Source: Octopus vulgaris (Eukaryota). Taken from it: a stretch of 64,000 bases of DNA. The notes beneath the pieces were generated by a model. That model was not told where the DNA came from. It did no database searches and was given only the letters and a program-made list of their open reading frames with translations. The translations under genes and the position numbers were made by a program. Location of the stretch: NCBI GenBank assembly GCA_951406725.2, contig OX597841.1:5456001-5520000 (forward strand). Direction: 5' to 3'. Every line of letters begins with the position of its first letter. Within the stretch, counting starts at the first letter, position 1. Below, one piece after another: positions 57,910 through 64,000 of the stretch.

Positions 57910-59106
57910 CAGGGTAAGTGTCTTCTAGTATAGCCTCGGTCCAGCTGAAGCCTTGTAAGTGGATTTGAATGACGGAAACTGTAAGAAGCCCGTTGTATAT
58001 AGATGTATACAGTTTTTAAGGTCTACCCCTAAATTTGGTAATGAAACCTACAGTAACACCTGGACTGAACGCCACTGCATCGTACCAAACACCTACTTTC
58101 CATCTTGGGTAAGAATCCAATACTGCAACGGTTGAGGGTTTCCAGGGCCCACAGCTTTTCAATATCTCGACACAAAACCAGAAACATTTATTAAGCGTAG
58201 GGTTGGATGTGCTCTAACAATGTATTCAACTTTTTATCTGAGATACTAAACGAACCCACAGCCTAGAGAAACACAAAGAAGAGCAGCTTTGTTCATCTAA
58301 TTGCTTCATCAGAAGCAAATTGACACAGAGGAATAAGAAGCAAGCTGAAATAAACAAGCAAACAAAGATCAAAGACCTTGGATGCAATTAATAAACGAGA
58401 AGCAATCAAACATACATATTTAGGTACATATAAAAACCAAGTCAGCAAGTTTCAGTGTTGAATACATATTTATTTAACCACGTCACCTCCACAGGATTTC
58501 ACAATCTTCTTCATGGAGTATATATTTTTAGTATGCAAGAAATTGTGTCTTCCTAAAAACCCAGTTACTCTAAAAGATGTTCACCTGGATTTCTCCACCA
58601 TCTGCTCTCATGATGCTGCACTGCCTCACACTTTTCTCCTCTTTTAGATTTCAGCTTTAATATCAATGGGCCTCTCGTGTGTGCTACATTCTGCTACACA
58701 CACAACTATATTTATCTGCACATCAGTTTCCACTCCTCACAATTGTCTAATCTAGTGATTCCTAAAGTGGGAATATTTATGGTTATACAAATTATTTTCT
58801 ACACAGAATTCTAACAAATACCTGTGCCCAGCAAAACTATGTGTGTCCCAGGTAAGTGCTTACGAAAAGGGTTGGCATCATTAACAATACCTCAAAAAGG
58901 AACCCTGATGATTATGAATGTTACCAAGAGTTCATCATTTACTGACAATGCCCACAAGGAGAAAGGCTTTTAAAATGTCTCTTACTTTGTGCTGCAAAGA
59001 CATTTCATAAATAATACAGTCAAATTCTTGTATGGATACATACGTGTGCAGTTAAGTAACGTTTCTCAGAGAATGATTTACCACAGAAATCACACCTTAA
59101 AGGCCT

Positions 59107-60554
59107 CTATCCTGTATGAATACGTTTGTGAGAAGTTAATTGATGATTTTGAGAGAATGATTTACCACAGAGAACACAGTGATATGGCTTCTCTCCTGTA
59201 TGAACACGTTTGTGTTTAGTTAAGTCACCGCTATGAGAGAATGATTTACCACAAATATCACAGTGATATGGTTTCTCTCCTGTATGAACATGTTTGTGAG
59301 ATGTTAAACTATCACTTCGAGAAAATGATTTACCACAGACATCACATTGATATGGTTTCTCTCCTGTGTGAATACGTTTGTGTACATTTAAGTTACTTCC
59401 GTCAGAGTATGATTTACCACAGATATCACAGCAAAATGGCTTCTCACCTGTATGAATACGTTTGTGAGAAGTTAATTGACAGTTTTGGAAGAATGATTTA
59501 CCACAGATATCACAGTGATATGGTGTCTCCCCTGTATGAATACGTTTGTGAGAAGTCAATCGACAATTTTGAGAGAATGATTTACCACAGATATCACAGC
59601 AAAATGGCCACTCTCCTGTATGAATACGTTTGTGAGATGTTAATTGACAGTTTTGAGAGAATGATTTACCACAGATATCACAGTGAAATGGTTTCTCTCC
59701 AGTGTGAATACGTCTGTGTCTATTGAAGCGACTGTTTGTAGGGAATGATTTACCACAGATATCACAAGGAAATGGCTTATCTCCTGTGTGATTACGTTTG
59801 TGATTCATTAAGGCACTTCTATCAGAGTATGATTTCCCACAGACATCACACTCATATGGCTTCTCACCTGTATGAATACGTATGTGTCTAGTTAAGTGAT
59901 TGCTTAGAGAGAATGATTTACCACAGATATCACAGTGATACGGCTTTTCTCCTGTATGACTTCGTTTGTGTCCAACTAAACTACTGCTTACAGAGAAAGA
60001 TTCACCACAGATATCACAGTGAAATGGTTTTTCCCCTGTGTGAATGCGTTTGTGCGTAGTTAGGTTACTGTTTTCAGAGAATGATTTACCACAGACATCA
60101 CAATAAAATAGCTTCTCTCCTGTATGAATATGTCTGTGGCTAGTTAGGTAATTGCTGCTAGAGAATGATTTGCCACAGGTATCACAGTGAAATAGTTTCT
60201 CTTTGTATAAAAACATCGGTGTTTAGCTAAGCAACTGCTTTGAGAGAATGATTCACCACAGATATTACAGTGATATGGTGTCTGCCCTGTATGAACACGT
60301 CTGTGTACAGCTAAGGCAACTGCGTTAGAGAATGATTTACCACAGATATCACAGTGAACTTGCTTCTCTCCTGTATGAATACGCTTGTGAGTAGTTAACA
60401 CACTATTTTGAGAGAATGATTTCCCACAGACATCACACTGGAACGGTTTTTCTCCTGTGTGAGTACGCTTGTGTCTATCTAAGGCAGCACTTCTAGTGGT
60501 TGACTTACCACAGATATCACAACGATACAATGATTTTCGCATATTTTTCAGCAT
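59107..60554 (-). pseudogene. ZNF gene, C-like, ~17 finger units, 1-bp frameshift near 60200
   Basis: Overlapping ORFs 60144-60554 and 59107-60216 join at HRCFYTK|EKLF; real lesion or sequencing error. Confidence 0.75.
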
Positions 60555-61114
60555 TTCTTTGAGGAATCAAAATAGATCCAATCCTTGGCCTTTCTCACCA
60601 CATTAAAGTTTTACCCCTATCTTTATCCTTTTTATAGTTTATTCCTTAGAAATATTTTCAATGCAAACTTCACTGATATCTAAAGATGCTACAAATTTAG
60701 AAAGTCATCAAAGAGTAACGAGAATGCAAAGCATCAGCTAATGAAATAGAAAAATGTTGCTATTAATCTCAGTTCAGAGCAAACATTTCATAGAATTTCT
60801 AACAAAGATTTATAGAAATAGGCTTCGATGCGTTCTGTGTAAACTTTTCCGCAAGACTTTAAAAGATGAAAAATGTTGAAGATGTATTCATTATAAAAGA
60901 AAATATCTTTGATGCCAACGTCATCCGTAAATCTGAAATAATAAAGAAACAGAATTAGATAGAGAGGAAAGATCAAAAGAGAAATGTTACAACATTTCTT
61001 TATTAATTAACAGATGACATCATATAACATTGGGTGAAATGGAAAAATTTGTAAACTACAACTACTCTTTAACATTGTGTAACAATACTCATACACGCAC
61101 CTATATACATATAT

Positions 61115-61628
61115 GGTTAATATCTAGATCCGCACCCGGTGGGAAAAATGGAAACGAAAATGTGTAACAGTTGTAAGGCATCGTATATTGACGGAATAAG
61201 ACGGGAAAAAAGCGCGCTGACAAACGGGGGGGGGGGGGGCTCGGGAAATTCCTAGGATCAACCGTAGAGGCAAAAATGGAAAAAAATATGTGTAACAGGT
61301 GTTTAAACGCATTTCACACACATAGCCCAATGTCATAATTCAAAACTAACGCAGCGAAAATTTTGAAAAGTTCCTCCAGTTCTGAAAAATCGATAAATTC
61401 GACATGGGGTCGCGAATCAGAAACACAATGGTGAAAATTGATGGTAAATTTTTCTTTAAATCGTAGGCAATTTTCCGAGCCCCCCCCCCCCCCCCGTTTG
61501 TCAGCGCGCTTTTTTTCGTCATATTCCTTCAATATACGATGCCTTACAACTGTTACACATTTTCGTTTCCATTTTTCCCACCGGGTGCGGATCTCATTTT
61601 TCCCACCGGGTGCGGATCTATATTAACC
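61115..61628. mobile_element. MITE, 514 bp, ~140-bp TIRs starting GGTTAATA, 8-bp TSD (Merlin-like)
   Basis: TSD ACATATAT at 61107-61114 and 61629-61636; absent from all plus-strand units. Confidence 0.88.
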
Positions 61629-61666
61629 ACATATATATCTATCTACCTATATAAATTTATATGTGA

Positions 61667-62172
61667 CTAGCAGTATCGCCCGGCGTTGCTCGGATTTGTA
61701 AGGGAAATAACTATATAAGCATTTTTAGAGAGTTACTTCCCTTATAAATTCGGGCTTTCTTAGCCATTTTTGTTTTGGTGTCTTCAACACATGAAGTCGT
61801 TGTTCTAAAAGAACGCTGGTTTCCTTCACAACGCATTACGACGTTGATTTCCTTACACTCCCTTCCCCACAGCTTCACGAGGGAGGGAAGGGGGAGAGGC
61901 AAACAGGTGCAGCTGTGAGCGTGGACGCCAACTCCGCCGCCATCGACATACGATGCATTTTATGCATTAAAATGGAATAAAAAATGATGTTAAATTATTT
62001 TTAAAATCGTAGACTCATCGTTAACGCGCGCTAATAGTCAGACGGGCTCGATATGAATCACGACTATAAGATACCCGAATTTGGTTAAACTGCACCGCAA
62101 AATGTGGGAGGAGTTAGAAATCTAAATCGAAGGGGACAGACATTCACACAACTACAGTTTTATATATATAGA
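61667..62172 (-). mobile_element. Non-autonomous Helitron, 506 bp
   Basis: Minus strand 5'-TC...CTAG-3' with subterminal hairpin CCGAGCAACGCCGG; inserted between A61666 and T62173 without TSD; other units show the empty site ATGTGA|TGAGTTCA. Confidence 0.9.
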
Positions 62173-63578
62173 TGAGTTCAGATTAGGCAGGGAATAATAT
62201 TTTGATTTTTGGGGGCTTCATTTTTGAGAACTCCCTGAAAAGATGTGGTTAGGGTCACAGAACAATGATATAAACATTTTTGCAATTTCAATTCTGGTAA
62301 CTCCCCAAACAGAAAGGATCCCGCATTTCTGTAGTTATGCCCTAAATTTACTGACAAAATATACATTATTAAACGATTAAAGGACTCAAAAGAAAATTAC
62401 ACAAATCGGGTGTCGAAAGGGGAAATATCGTTTACCAAAAGGAAACCCGTTGTGAGGGAGGTCTTCCTGCTTGTCTTCAGGAATACTTAAAAAGCTGACA
62501 AATGTCTGTAGATACAGACTAACCTTCCTATGGTTCAGTTTCTTGTCTTAGATATCACAGACCTCCGTTAACAAGTGTGCAACAAATGCTATGTAGATAT
62601 ATTTTTTGACTTACCATTAGAATACTTGTTGTTCACCAGGATCCTTTCTTGAAATCCAGTTTGTTTTTCCCACCATGGATAGTAGAAATGCGCACAATAT
62701 TTGCTACAACAGGCATACAAACAATTCGTGCTTTCGATCTAAGGTCCAAATGAAATATGAAGAAGGGCGAGCAAAGTTCCTCGATTGAAAGCTTTTTCCC
62801 CCTTTCCTGTAAAATAGGGATCAACGAACTAAAGCTGTGATCAAGAGAATTATTAAATCACAAATCAGGTAAGTCGCTTCGTGTTATTCATAGAGAACAA
62901 CGTTCACCTGAACACGAGGTATTACTACATCTGATCTAATTAGATTCGTCTTAATTAGAAGCACGTGTAGAAGCTGTTGATAATTATTCCCGCGTTTGAA
63001 CGACACCGGTGTCATATATTAAAAGTCCCCAATATAACACGAAGAGACGTTAAAATTATATTAATTCACACCTTTAATTGCATCTCACCCAAGGTAAATG
63101 ATAAAAACCTCATCCAGCTAAATAGTAATTACGTCTCAACAAGAGTGTCTTCGCATGGTCACTGAACCTGCTAAAAATAGCAGCCAAATATTTCTGACAT
63201 AATTACATCTTAGCATTAGAATGCATATATAATCGTTAGTTTGTTCATTAAACGGACATATGATTAGAAACACAGCAGGTGGTGTTCCCAACCTTTTATC
63301 AGGGGTCGCCAAACTTTTTCGACCATCGACCCTCAACTATAGCGAAGATCTAAACGGAGTCCTTCCCGGCTTTGAAATTTCTTTTTGTTTTTTTTCTCCG
63401 GAATCCCATGTTTTTAGGCCACGGAAATTTCGATTCTGGAAAAGATTTTTTCAACAATCCCAACATCAAAATTTCAGTCCCATATCCCTTTCCTTCGTTT
63501 TTTTACTTTATCCTGAAATAAAGGGGGAAGGGTTCCGTTTACGGCGTGCGGAAAGACAATGGACCGCACCCTCTTTCC

Positions 63579-64000
<422 letters not shown>

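Overview
Eukaryotic, AT-rich, repeat-dense window dominated by a cluster of KRAB-less, single-coding-exon, multi-finger C2H2 zinc-finger genes. Gene style and SINE families suggest an octopod cephalopod (inference). Left to right: (1) a Tc1 (DD34E, IR/DR) transposon inside a (TA)n tract; (2) a compound retro-locus with a candidate minimal hammerhead ribozyme fused to a CR1-type LINE 3' end; (3) ZNF gene A on the minus strand (5916-7685); (4) a head-to-tail array of six ZNF units (~9.3-49.1 kb, ~6.7-6.85 kb period, alternating B/C types giving a ~13.55 kb higher-order repeat) ending in a 100-N gap; (5) ZNF gene G (52113-54569, +), an inverted paralogue of A; (6) an orphan inverted copy of the A promoter; (7) an inverted, frameshifted array unit carrying a Merlin-like MITE and a Helitron; (8) a truncated ZNF pseudogene at the right edge. 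Best leads: the U3:A8 hammerhead, a shared HTG-TAG amber stop that is followed by an intact in-frame finger in some copies, and two-level (84-bp and 6.8-kb) recombination in the array. No database searches were possible, so family names rest on recognised motifs.
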